DNA of 64,000 nt, taken from positions 68,130 to 132,129 of IMG/VR virus record IMGVR_UViG_3300030390_001877, one strand, 5' to 3'. Position 1 is the stretch's first letter. Each line of letters starts with the position of its first letter. Origin of the DNA: a virus. The notes under the pieces are model-generated. The model worked only from the letters and a program-made list of their open reading frames with translations. It did no database searches and was not told the DNA's origin. The position numbers and the translations under genes are program-made. Below, in pieces: positions 9,688 to 18,175 of this stretch.

Positions 9688-10493
9688 TTTATAAAATCCT
9701 CGTGTTTTTCTTTAAATATTTTCAATGCTTCAGGTTGTCTACTGCCTTTGCAAAATCTGCTTATCATAGATTCTGCTATACCTCGTTCAGATGAAATAAA
9801 TTTCAAAGATTTTTTGTTTATTAATCTATCTTCTATAATATCAACAACATCATGTAGACCTAGTTTAGTTGTAGGATGTTTTCTTTTTATGAAATCTCCT
9901 TTCTTGAAACCTGTTATACTAGATAACCTTCTACCTGACAACCCATCCCATAGTGTATCTGGACTGGATACAGTTAAGCCTAGATTTTCACATATACATT
10001 TATACTCTAATCCTGCATTAAAAAGAAATCCTACATATTTCCATTCATACTTGGTAAGGGAACTCAAGGTCTTCTCTTTTCCATAACTTTCTGCATAATA
10101 TTTTATAGTATTAAACTCTGAGGTAACCCACTGTAAATTGTACCACATATTATTATCTTTTGTATTATCTATATGGTCTATTACTAAACAAGAATTTTCA
10201 TCAGGAGTGTCCACTAAAAAATGTAAAGCTACTAACCTGTGTACCCTCCTGTGTTTGTATTCCCTATTGCCATGGGACATAGCTACCTCTTTATAACCAT
10301 CCTTATCTGTTTTAGGTTTAAGTATACGTTCTCTTACTTTCTTAACACCTTCTATTCTATGGCGATTAACCCAAGGAGTCTCTCTTTTCAAACTCTTAAC
10401 TCTTCCATAATTACTTATCTGATATTTACCTTCAAAGTCTTGGATATCTTTCCATTCTTCCTTAACAGGGAATGCTATGTTATTCCAAATCAT
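9684..10493 (-). CDS. Free-standing HNH homing endonuclease (NUMOD4 + HNH, I-HmuI-like)
   Basis: WKDIQDFEGKYQISNYGRVKS (NUMOD4); VHRLVALHF...IDHIDNTKDNNMWYNLQWVT (HNH); stop codon overlaps the terL ATG (ATGA). Confidence 0.92.
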   Translation of the reverse strand: MIWNNIAFPVKEEWKDIQDFEGKYQISNYGRVKSLKRETPWVNRHRIEGVKKVRERILKPKTDKDGYKEVAMSHGNREYKHRRVHRLVALHFLVDTPDENSCLVIDHIDNTKDNNMWYNLQWVTSEFNTIKYYAESYGKEKTLSSLTKYEWKYVGFLFNAGLEYKCICENLGLTVSSPDTLWDGLSGRRLSSITGFKKGDFIKRKHPTTKLGLHDVVDIIEDRLINKKSLKFISSERGIAESMISRFCKGSRQPEALKIFKEKHEDFIK

Positions 10494-10659
10494 ATTATAA
10501 ATTCCTCACATTATAATCTCCTTCCTCAAATTAATAAAAAGGAAAAGAACCTATCTGAGGAATACTATAGATTCTCTTTTTCCACTCTCAGAAACCCTGT
10601 GATCAGCAGATGTCTCTCTTAGAAAGCGTCCTTCTCGAATTATCACTAATTCATCACAT

Positions 10660-10688
10660 ATCTTACCACAAAGAACACCCTCTGTCAA
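10660..10688 (-). promoter_or_regulatory. Sigma70-type promoter driving HNH-terL
   Basis: TTGACA-17 nt-TAAGAT with extended -10 TG. Confidence 0.75.
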
Positions 10689-11297
10689 GAATAGACTTCC
10701 TCATCAGAATGCTTCTCATAAAGAACACCAAGATCTTCCAGAAGTTCTTTCTCTAAAGGAGACATATAGTCATCTCCAACACTGCCTCTCACTACCTCAA
10801 GACTCTCTATAAAACGTTCAACCTCCTTCCAAGTAGCCCTCTTCCCAACAGCACTATCTTCATAACGACATTTGTTTCTCTTAAAAATTTTATTCACAGC
10901 ACACTCTCCTCTCTAAAACTCTTCAACTCTTCAACTTTCTACGAACATTCTTCTCAGCAGTACTACTCTTTGTATGGAAATTCTTTGTAGAAAGTTCTAT
11001 ATCTCTAGGGACATACACCCCTTCTACCATGATCATTTTTGGAAGTGTGTTTTCGTAATGATCCTTGTAATCTCGGAATCCTTTACCATACTCACTTTCT
11101 TGCCCAAGACCATTTACCAGAATAATGAAATCTTTATAACCGTAATCTTTTAAATAAGATTCTGCTTCCATAAAACCTTCATACCAAGAATCCCTCATCT
11201 CCCAAATTTTAACTCTAATAAAATCTATAACCACTATTATAAGGGAAATACTCGACACAATAACAATCACACATACTAAGATTTGCATACCTAACAT
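10685..11297 (-). CDS. Two hypothetical proteins (10685-10897; 10923-11297 with N-terminal TM helix)
   Basis: ORF track, each with a GGAG/GAGG RBS. Confidence 0.7.
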
Positions 11298-11324
11298 ATC
11301 ACTCTCCTCAAATAAAACACTAAA

Positions 11325-11759
11325 TCAAACTCTCCACTTATAAAAGCAACCCTTCCATAAGCATCGCATCTTTACCCAAGAATAATACACACACTTTTTC
11401 CAGAAGTCAACCTTTGAATCAGATAATATTTTCCAATAGATTCTATGTATAGAAGGTTTATCGTATGCAAAGATTGTATGGTTCAAACGATACATCTGCC
11501 TGAGAACGTCTAACACTAACGAAGCAAGATATGTTTCGCTGTCACCAGCAGGAGTTACATTACTGCATAAAGTAAGTCCCTTATTCCAACAATACCCTTT
11601 AGAAACATATAAACTTCCATCAGGAGATAACCTTGCTAGGATCATTCTTCTTCCTTTACAGGATAAGGTATACTCTTTTCCAGAATACTCTGGAAGATGA
11701 AAGAACATTTCTTCTGAGGTGGTACTGTCATACTTCATAAGAGCGCTATCATATTTCAT
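11325..11759 (-). CDS. Hypothetical protein, DUF1353-like but with degenerate motifs
   Basis: YVSKGYCWN...LASLVLDVL resembles the vpkGf.wDG...aslvHD pattern, with D->N and H->L changes. Confidence 0.4.
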   Translation of the reverse strand: MKYDSALMKYDSTTSEEMFFHLPEYSGKEYTLSCKGRRMILARLSPDGSLYVSKGYCWNKGLTLCSNVTPAGDSETYLASLVLDVLRQMYRLNHTIFAYDKPSIHRIYWKILSDSKVDFWKKCVYYSWVKMRCLWKGCFYKWRV

Positions 11760-11796
11760 AAGAAGGTTTTCCTTTGTATCGGATTATTTATAAACT

Positions 11797-11824
11797 ATTA
11801 TAAACTTGTTTAAGGGGTTGTCAA
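11797..11824 (-). promoter_or_regulatory. Sigma70-type promoter
   Basis: TTGACA-16 nt-TATAAT. Confidence 0.65.
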
Positions 11825-11836
11825 ATTTCAGGCAAG

Positions 11837-11873
11837 AAAAAAGCCCTACGGCTACAATGAGCTTTCGGGCTTT
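11837..11873 (-). terminator. Rho-independent terminator
   Basis: Minus strand AAAGCCC...GGGCTTT stem followed by TTTTCTT. Confidence 0.7.
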
Positions 11874-12051
11874 GAGGAGAGAGGAATGTTCACAAGGAGG
11901 GAGAGTGTGTGAGAAAGGTATTCCTCTTATGAGAGTTGTAATTTAATAATTACTATTGTTATGAAATGTGTGTTTATTTACAAACAGTAACTAGAAATGG
12001 TTACTTTTGGGAATGTAACTCTTATTGGTTACATAAATTCTTATGTAAAAC

Positions 12052-12600
12052 TTAGTTTAATTGAGACGGATCTTCTTCCCAATCTGTATCTATAAGGTCT
12101 GCTGTTGAAAAAGCTTCTTCTTCCTCAGCACCACCTCCACCTTCTGCAAGAGCTTTCTTTGCTTCACGAGCTTCTTTCTTGAGGTATTTCTCGTACTCTG
12201 CAAGTTCTCGGATACGTTGCTCATTATTTTTTAGTACAGATTGAGATACACTGATTATTGTGTTTTCTTTATACTTGTCAGGTTGATAAGCGTGTTCATA
12301 TTGTTCAATCAAGAAAGGATTGTCTTTCCCCTCTGGTTGACTGAAATCAAACTTAGGATTCTCAACCCAAACCTTTTCAGCTTTACCTTTATTCTTAGGG
12401 TTCATAACTTTATGACAATCATGCAACAACCATTTAAGTAAGTCAACAGCCTTATCAACATCCTTAGCCATATTCTTCTGGCTCTTATTCCATGCATTGA
12501 TATGGTTGTTTGTCGCCTCTGTTGCGGTGCTGGGACGGCCATTCTCTATAGGAATAGGATCTGGAGCTAATTTAATCTGAGGTTTATTGCCTTGTGCCAT
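12052..12600 (-). CDS. Hypothetical protein, candidate terminase small subunit
   Basis: 182 aa; N-terminal GRPS, helical/coiled-coil middle, acidic tail; upstream of terL; assignment mainly positional. Confidence 0.35.
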   Translation of the reverse strand: MAQGNKPQIKLAPDPIPIENGRPSTATEATNNHINAWNKSQKNMAKDVDKAVDLLKWLLHDCHKVMNPKNKGKAEKVWVENPKFDFSQPEGKDNPFLIEQYEHAYQPDKYKENTIISVSQSVLKNNEQRIRELAEYEKYLKKEAREAKKALAEGGGGAEEEEAFSTADLIDTDWEEDPSQLN

Positions 12601-12611
12601 AGTGTACTTCC

Positions 12612-12902
12612 TTAATAAATATCATTTTCTAAATCAGGAATGTCCAATCCAAGATCATATATATCCAGATATTCTTCTTGCTCATCTTCCACGTTTACAA
12701 AATATTCGTTATCGAAGTATTGCACTCCTGAAGCAGCTATACACTTTGAACAGAGGTCTTCTTCTACGATAGGATAATCTGGGTTGCTACCATCTAAGGT
12801 GATCCAAGTCTTTTTAGAAGGGTCCGATTTATGTTGAGTGAGCACTCTTTTGAACATTCTTGTTGGGGCTAACATGCCTCCACAGTTTGAGCGACAATGC
12901 AT
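12612..12902 (-). CDS. Small putative Zn-binding protein
   Basis: CRSNC near the N-terminus and CSKC; strong AAGGAG RBS. Confidence 0.6.
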   Translation of the reverse strand: MHCRSNCGGMLAPTRMFKRVLTQHKSDPSKKTWITLDGSNPDYPIVEEDLCSKCIAASGVQYFDNEYFVNVEDEQEEYLDIYDLGLDIPDLENDIY

Positions 12903-12904
12903 AT

Positions 12905-13107
12905 GTCTCTCCTTAAAATTTGTTATTGTTATTATAATTGTTGCTGAAAGAAGGTGTAAAAATACCTGCTATTAGAGGTGATAACTTTACAATGTAATCC
13001 TTCCCAGCAGTAAAATCAATTAAGAAAAGGCTCTCTTATGAGAAAGAACCTTTGAGGAGAATGCCACCTTTCAGCAGCTATTATGAATTTTCTTAATTGA
13101 TCTATTT
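12905..13107 (-). ncRNA. Candidate structured (pseudoknotted) non-coding leader RNA
   Basis: About 200 nt without ATG after a consensus promoter; 14-bp perfect inverted repeat interleaved with a second 9+3-bp pairing. Confidence 0.4.
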
Positions 13108-13113
13108 GTAATA

Positions 13114-13218
13114 ATTATACTCTCTTGAAGTGTGTTTGTCAAATGTTATAACATCATCAACAATTCCTTGTGTCATTACCCTACTAAAGAGTATCCCCTG
13201 TAGAAGCACGTTTGTCAA
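13114..13218 (-). promoter_or_regulatory. Tandem sigma70-type promoters
   Basis: TTGACA(13142-13137)-17-TATAAT(13119-13114) and TTGACA(13218-13213)-17-GATACT(13195-13190). Confidence 0.8.
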
Positions 13219-13234
13219 TGAATTCTTTTAAAAT

Positions 13235-13612
13235 TTAGTAATAACTATCTTTATCATTCATGTCTACAAAGTAAACTGCTTCTGAATACCAACCGTTGCT
13301 TTCACCATTCCATCTAATAGTGACACTACTTTTGAAAGTATCAATAACGTAGAATGTCCAAGTGCCACTCTCATCAATGCAATCTTCCATCTCACCAGAC
13401 TCTTCTGAAGCACGTTCTACTTTCTGACCAACTAATTCTTGCAGATCACCACAAATATCTTCTATATAAACTTGTTCACAACAATCTTGAGGGTGGTACA
13501 TTTTATACTTACCACCACACGTTGTTTCAAAGCTAATAAAATCATCACCATCATCTTTGCTAAGCTCTACCTTGGAGATAATCTTACCTACTAAAATTTC
13601 TATTTCACTCAT
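13235..13612 (-). CDS. Conserved-type phage hypothetical protein
   Basis: MYHPQDCCEQVYIEDICGDL...SGTWTFY...RWNGESNGWYSE pattern seen in many phages. Confidence 0.75.
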   Translation of the reverse strand: MSEIEILVGKIISKVELSKDDGDDFISFETTCGGKYKMYHPQDCCEQVYIEDICGDLQELVGQKVERASEESGEMEDCIDESGTWTFYVIDTFKSSVTIRWNGESNGWYSEAVYFVDMNDKDSYY

Positions 13613-13814
13613 ATATTCTCTCCTCTTTTAAAAATAAATAACCCTATCCAAGCAGCGAAACTTGTGAGAGGCGGGTTAATTCTCTCATAAAGACACCTTG
13701 CTCATAAGAACAACGGTTTCCTAAGGTATTTTGTTGAAGCTTCAGGGCTGTTACGAATCTAACGTAATCCATAAGAACCTAAGTCACCTTATGAAGCACC
13801 ACTTCATATTTCAA

Positions 13815-13843
13815 AGTATATACCCTTTCTTAGAGTTTGTCAA
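13815..13843 (-). promoter_or_regulatory. Sigma70-type promoter
   Basis: TTGACA-17 nt-TATACT. Confidence 0.75.
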
Positions 13844-13869
13844 CCTTTTTAAAACTAACACTCCTGAGC

Positions 13870-14757
13870 TTAAACTCCCTCTCCAGAAAGTAATCCCTTC
13901 ACATAAGCAAGCTCGTCAGGGTTTCTCCATTGCAAAGTATTTACTGCCCACTGTACATAACCTCTGTCAGAAACAACACTCTCTTTCCAGCTACCTCCTT
14001 TCAGCTTACCAAACCCTACCACATCAAGTTGCTCTTCTTTCAAATAAGAGTACTCTTCTAAAAGTGTTTCTAGATAAGAAAGTTCCTCTTCTGAAAGGTC
14101 TGTGTTGTTGAAAGTGTATTCTACATAATCATAATCTTCAAGGATAATATCTTTCCAAGAGGTTCCTCTTTCATACTTCTTGCCTCCTTTACAGACAGTT
14201 GGATCATATAACAAGGTGTACGCTTCGTCAATAGTTAATTCGTTTTGAATAAGCATATGTTCTAAGACGAGTCCTGTTATAAAACAATCATATAGCGCAG
14301 AGTGCCAGTTCCCTTCAAAAGACTTCACTCTTTCATCTTGATCCAATCCAAACGTGTAGAAGAGGACACCCAGTTTATGAGAAGCCACTGTTCCTTTAGG
14401 GTATAACATTCTTGCAAGTTTTAATGTGCATAAACGTTTAATCCCTTCTGGAAAATAACTCTCTGGAAGAACAGCTTCTTCATAGGAAAGATTATGAGCA
14501 ACAACATAATCACTTTCAGCAAGAGAACACTTTGGTAACACAGCCTCTAACAGAGGCTTCCCTTTCACCATATCTTCTGTTATGTGATGAACGTTCATTG
14601 CTTCAAAGTCAATCTTCTGTTGCGGATCAACTACCTCCGAGTAAGACTCTTCTAAAACGAGATTGCTTCCAGAAGTTGTAAACTTTGCAATACCCATTTC
14701 GCAAATATTACCTTTCATAGATGCTGTTTCTGTGTCGATTATTGATATTTTATTCAT
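13870..14757 (-). CDS. DEDDh 3'-5' exonuclease (DnaQ / exonuclease X-like)
   Basis: IIDTET (Exo I), VAHNLSYE (Exo II), HSALYD (Exo III). Confidence 0.88.
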   Translation of the reverse strand: MNKISIIDTETASMKGNICEMGIAKFTTSGSNLVLEESYSEVVDPQQKIDFEAMNVHHITEDMVKGKPLLEAVLPKCSLAESDYVVAHNLSYEEAVLPESYFPEGIKRLCTLKLARMLYPKGTVASHKLGVLFYTFGLDQDERVKSFEGNWHSALYDCFITGLVLEHMLIQNELTIDEAYTLLYDPTVCKGGKKYERGTSWKDIILEDYDYVEYTFNNTDLSEEELSYLETLLEEYSYLKEEQLDVVGFGKLKGGSWKESVVSDRGYVQWAVNTLQWRNPDELAYVKGLLSGEGV

Positions 14758-15567
14758 TTAAAAGTTCCTTCTTCAAATCATCAGTTAACTCAACAATTAA
14801 TTCCTCTACTTCACCTACTTCAAAGAATTTAGGTTCAATATTGTGCAGCTTAGCCCAATCGCAAATAACCCTTTCTAGATCATCCTTCTGTTCCTCAGTA
14901 ACATCATCAAGATAACCTTCTGCAAATTCATGATCATCATAAGCCCATTCTGAAATACTGTCAAGGATACTGCTAACATTAACATATCTACTAAAATCTA
15001 CTTTGTTAACAACACCTTTGTATAAAGTGAGACTACTTGAATCTAATATTTCCGACACTTCCATATCACTTACAAGTTGTAATAACACTTCTTCAAGAGA
15101 TTCTTCTGCATGAGTCCAATCATCTTCCGAGGTGTTGTATATAATAGTTTTATCTTTAATCATAGCTTACTCTCCTCAATATCAGCCATCTTGTCAGTAA
15201 GATTACCTAGTAGCTGCTGCACCTTCTTGCGATCCTTTAAAGATTCGTTCCTGTATTCGAAATAATCATCTATCTGATTAACAAAATTTCTATATGCCCA
15301 ACGGTAACGTTCTTCTTTACGTGTACTTTCTAGAAGCTCGTCATATGTAGGACAGACTGCATACTTGTTACAAGAGTCACCTTTCTCGCCATGAGTATAT
15401 CTCACAGGTAATCCACAATTACATTTTAATTCTTTAAAAGAAACAACCCCTTCTCTAACCAATTCCTCTAACAGATTCTCACTATCTTTTAAGTTGAATT
15501 CTTCTGTTGTACATAACACGTTGGAAATATTATTATGTATTAGTTTAATGCAATCTTGTTTATTCAT
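14750..15567 (-). CDS. Two hypothetical proteins (14750-15163; 15160-15567)
   Basis: Overlapping stop/start codons, RBS. Confidence 0.7.
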
Positions 15568-15577
15568 CCGTTTTCTC

Positions 15578-15988
15578 CTAATAATTAAACACTTTTACAT
15601 GCTTATCTAATTTTGTCATATAGTCTATCATATCTTTAGTTCCTTTAGAAACACTATTCCAAAATGCTATAAGATGTGTCCCTGTACCACCCATTTCATG
15701 ATTCCGATCTATACCTGCTTTAGCGTTGTATTCTTTTCCAAACTTATTGACTTTTATGACAGCATCTGGTTTTGAAATGTCATCCCAGTCGGGTATAAAG
15801 TATTCTATCTTAACCCCTTCGTGTTTGTGTAACTCATACCACTTCTCTCCACAAGTATCTCCTCCTAAAGCTTTACCACATATGATAGTGATATTTTCTT
15901 TAGGGGTGTTTCTTGTCATGTGGTCTATACACTTAAAACCATACTCGAAGTTTTTAAAGTCTCTACCTCCTGCTACTATCAGTCTCAT
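15578..15988 (-). CDS. SLOG-superfamily protein (DUF2493/YspA-like)
   Basis: LIVAGGRDF...IICGKALGGD...AGIDRNHEMG...LIAFW..VSKGTKDMI. Confidence 0.8.
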   Translation of the reverse strand: MRLIVAGGRDFKNFEYGFKCIDHMTRNTPKENITIICGKALGGDTCGEKWYELHKHEGVKIEYFIPDWDDISKPDAVIKVNKFGKEYNAKAGIDRNHEMGGTGTHLIAFWNSVSKGTKDMIDYMTKLDKHVKVFNY

Positions 15989-17460
15989 TATAGTATCCCT
16001 TTCTCAGATAACCACTCTATTGCCTTCGTATGAGGTTTAATATGCGATTTAATATTTGTATGTTGTAAAGGGTATTTCAGGTGTATGAGGTCAACACTTG
16101 TAAAACGACTTAAAGCTACATAAGCACTATTAACACCCCAATCATTATCTTCATCTGTCATATCAAAACCCTTATAACTAATGTCTACAACAGCAGGAAC
16201 ATCAAGAGTACGACCTTGCATACGATGTATGCTAAAAGCTGCGGCTACTTTAACAGGGAGACAAACTGCCCTACCAATAACCTTACTATCTAATATAGCT
16301 TTCTCTACACCATCTTCTCCCTTTTCTGTAGATAAGAAAGATTCTCTTTGTTCAAACTCGAACATATCTACGAAGTGTGTTTCACCTACAGAAGGAAAAT
16401 GTATAAAAACCCCATCACTTAAACATTCCTCTACATAACCAAAACTTCCGTTACTGTAATCATCTGTATTAACCAAGGTGATTACAGGAAGACCTTTCTT
16501 CAAAATAAGATTCTCATCAACAGGACAATCTTTCATATTAAATTCTCCTGTAATCTTAGCTTTATATGAGAAAGGGGGCTCTGGGTTACTACGTACTGCC
16601 ATAGCGTTTGCTTCATCCACACGTTTATTAGTTGTAGTTACTAAAGGTAACCCCTCTGGTAATGCCCAAGAGTGACGTCTATTAATCCACTTAATACAGT
16701 TAGGGTAACGCTCTTCTTGTCCATAACGCATTACATTCAAGCACTCTTGGAATGTCTTTTCCGAAGTACGTAAAGGTTTAGTAAAATTATGGACTATGAA
16801 ATCTAACTTCTTAAAAGGTTTACTTTCAAAAAGAAGATGGCTTCCATATTTACTGTTCAAATAATTCTTATCTTGTTGATTTAAAACAGGGAGTAATTGA
16901 AGAAAATCTCCCTGCAAGATAAGTTTTATATTACGTTTCTTACGTTTACCTTTGATAGGTTTATTAAATCTTTCTAATCGCAACCTGATTAATTCAAGCT
17001 GATCTGGATTTAACATACCACACTCTTCAACTACAACATACTCGACAAGATCTGTTGGTGCGAATAATCCTGTACAATAAGGTTTAACTTTAGAAACATC
17101 CTTATCTTTAAACATACCTAAGCTTAAAGAGAAAACCCTGTGAGCTGTTCCATCCCCTCCTTTATTATTAAATAGTATAGAGTTAGCGATACCTGTTGTC
17201 GCACAGATGATTAACTTATCTTTTAAATATGCTTTCAAAGCTTCTAAGGTTACACTCTTACCAAAACCAGCAGGGGAAAGATTGATTACATGTCCTTTAT
17301 CCTTATCAACACAATCTCTCACATAATCTTTCTGCTCTTCTGTGAGGGGATATTTACCGTCATGTAAATACCCTTCTAAGAACTCTTCTAAACCTTCACT
17401 CAAATCTTCTCCTCCAAACGTTTCAAATGTTCTAAATAACTCTCTGCTCCAGAAAACCAC
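15988..17460 (-). CDS. SF1B helicase (Dda/Pif1/RecD-like)
   Basis: PAGFGKS Walker A, CATTGIA, VVEECGM, GDFLQLLPV, SIHRMQGRTL, AYVALSR. Confidence 0.9.
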   Translation of the reverse strand: MVFWSRELFRTFETFGGEDLSEGLEEFLEGYLHDGKYPLTEEQKDYVRDCVDKDKGHVINLSPAGFGKSVTLEALKAYLKDKLIICATTGIANSILFNNKGGDGTAHRVFSLSLGMFKDKDVSKVKPYCTGLFAPTDLVEYVVVEECGMLNPDQLELIRLRLERFNKPIKGKRKKRNIKLILQGDFLQLLPVLNQQDKNYLNSKYGSHLLFESKPFKKLDFIVHNFTKPLRTSEKTFQECLNVMRYGQEERYPNCIKWINRRHSWALPEGLPLVTTTNKRVDEANAMAVRSNPEPPFSYKAKITGEFNMKDCPVDENLILKKGLPVITLVNTDDYSNGSFGYVEECLSDGVFIHFPSVGETHFVDMFEFEQRESFLSTEKGEDGVEKAILDSKVIGRAVCLPVKVAAAFSIHRMQGRTLDVPAVVDISYKGFDMTDEDNDWGVNSAYVALSRFTSVDLIHLKYPLQHTNIKSHIKPHTKAIEWLSEKGIL

Positions 17461-17624
17461 TCTCTATCAAAAGTATATTCATCAGAAAACTCTCCTGAAT
17501 AATATAACTCCCACTCAAGGGTTTTTATTCCAGAAGGATCATCTTCAAAGAATGTACCTTTTTCAATATATTCTTCTGCCCATAATAATCCTTCCATCCA
17601 AGGTGATTTTCTCATCAATCCCAT
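17400..17624 (-). CDS. Hypothetical protein
   Basis: Short ORF overlapping its neighbours in the operon. Confidence 0.55.
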   Translation of the reverse strand: MGLMRKSPWMEGLLWAEEYIEKGTFFEDDPSGIKTLEWELYYSGEFSDEYTFDREWFSGAESYLEHLKRLEEKI

Positions 17625-18175
17625 CCTCTTAAACGTTTAATCTCACTCAAACTAATAGGTTTGTAATCAATGTTCTCACACGATACACAGAAGTAACGTT
17701 GATCAATAAGAGAAGTTACAATATTACCTTTTCGATCTTCTATATCATCGCTAACCTGTTTATCATGTAAATGCCCATGAATGCAATTCCCTCGGTAGAG
17801 TTCGTAATCTGGAACAGGTACATGTGTTAACCACAGTCCAAACTTCTTCAATACTCCGAATACATTTACATTCTTAAATTGTAATGCATATCGTGGGAGT
17901 CCTGAATGACAATGGTTACCTAAAACTAGGTTAACTTGCTGATATTTAAGTCGATACTCTTCTAATCTCCAAAATTCCCTTGTCTTAAAGAAACTATCCC
18001 CTAGTATCCACAATGTTTTCTGACGGTTACCTTCTTCTAAAATGTTGTTGTGAATATAGTTATTGTGATCCTCGTCTGAACTAAACTGTTCTCTGAATTT
18101 ATCAGAAATACCGTTGTGTCCGAAATGAGTATCCGCAATAAATGCATGCCTTTCTTCTGAAATTAAATCACTCAT
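17615..18175 (-). CDS. Calcineurin-like metallophosphoesterase
   Basis: DTHFGH, LGD, GNH, THVP, IHGHLH motifs; likely start MSDL at 18175. Confidence 0.88.
   Translation of the reverse strand: MSDLISEERHAFIADTHFGHNGISDKFREQFSSDEDHNNYIHNNILEEGNRQKTLWILGDSFFKTREFWRLEEYRLKYQQVNLVLGNHCHSGLPRYALQFKNVNVFGVLKKFGLWLTHVPVPDYELYRGNCIHGHLHDKQVSDDIEDRKGNIVTSLIDQRYFCVSCENIDYKPISLSEIKRLRGWD

Noticed and set aside
10590-10617. Anticodon-like 7-nt loop (CUGAUCA) suggesting a tRNA
   Set aside because: No acceptor stem, D arm or TTC-containing T loop, and position 37 is a pyrimidine; I found no tRNA gene in the window
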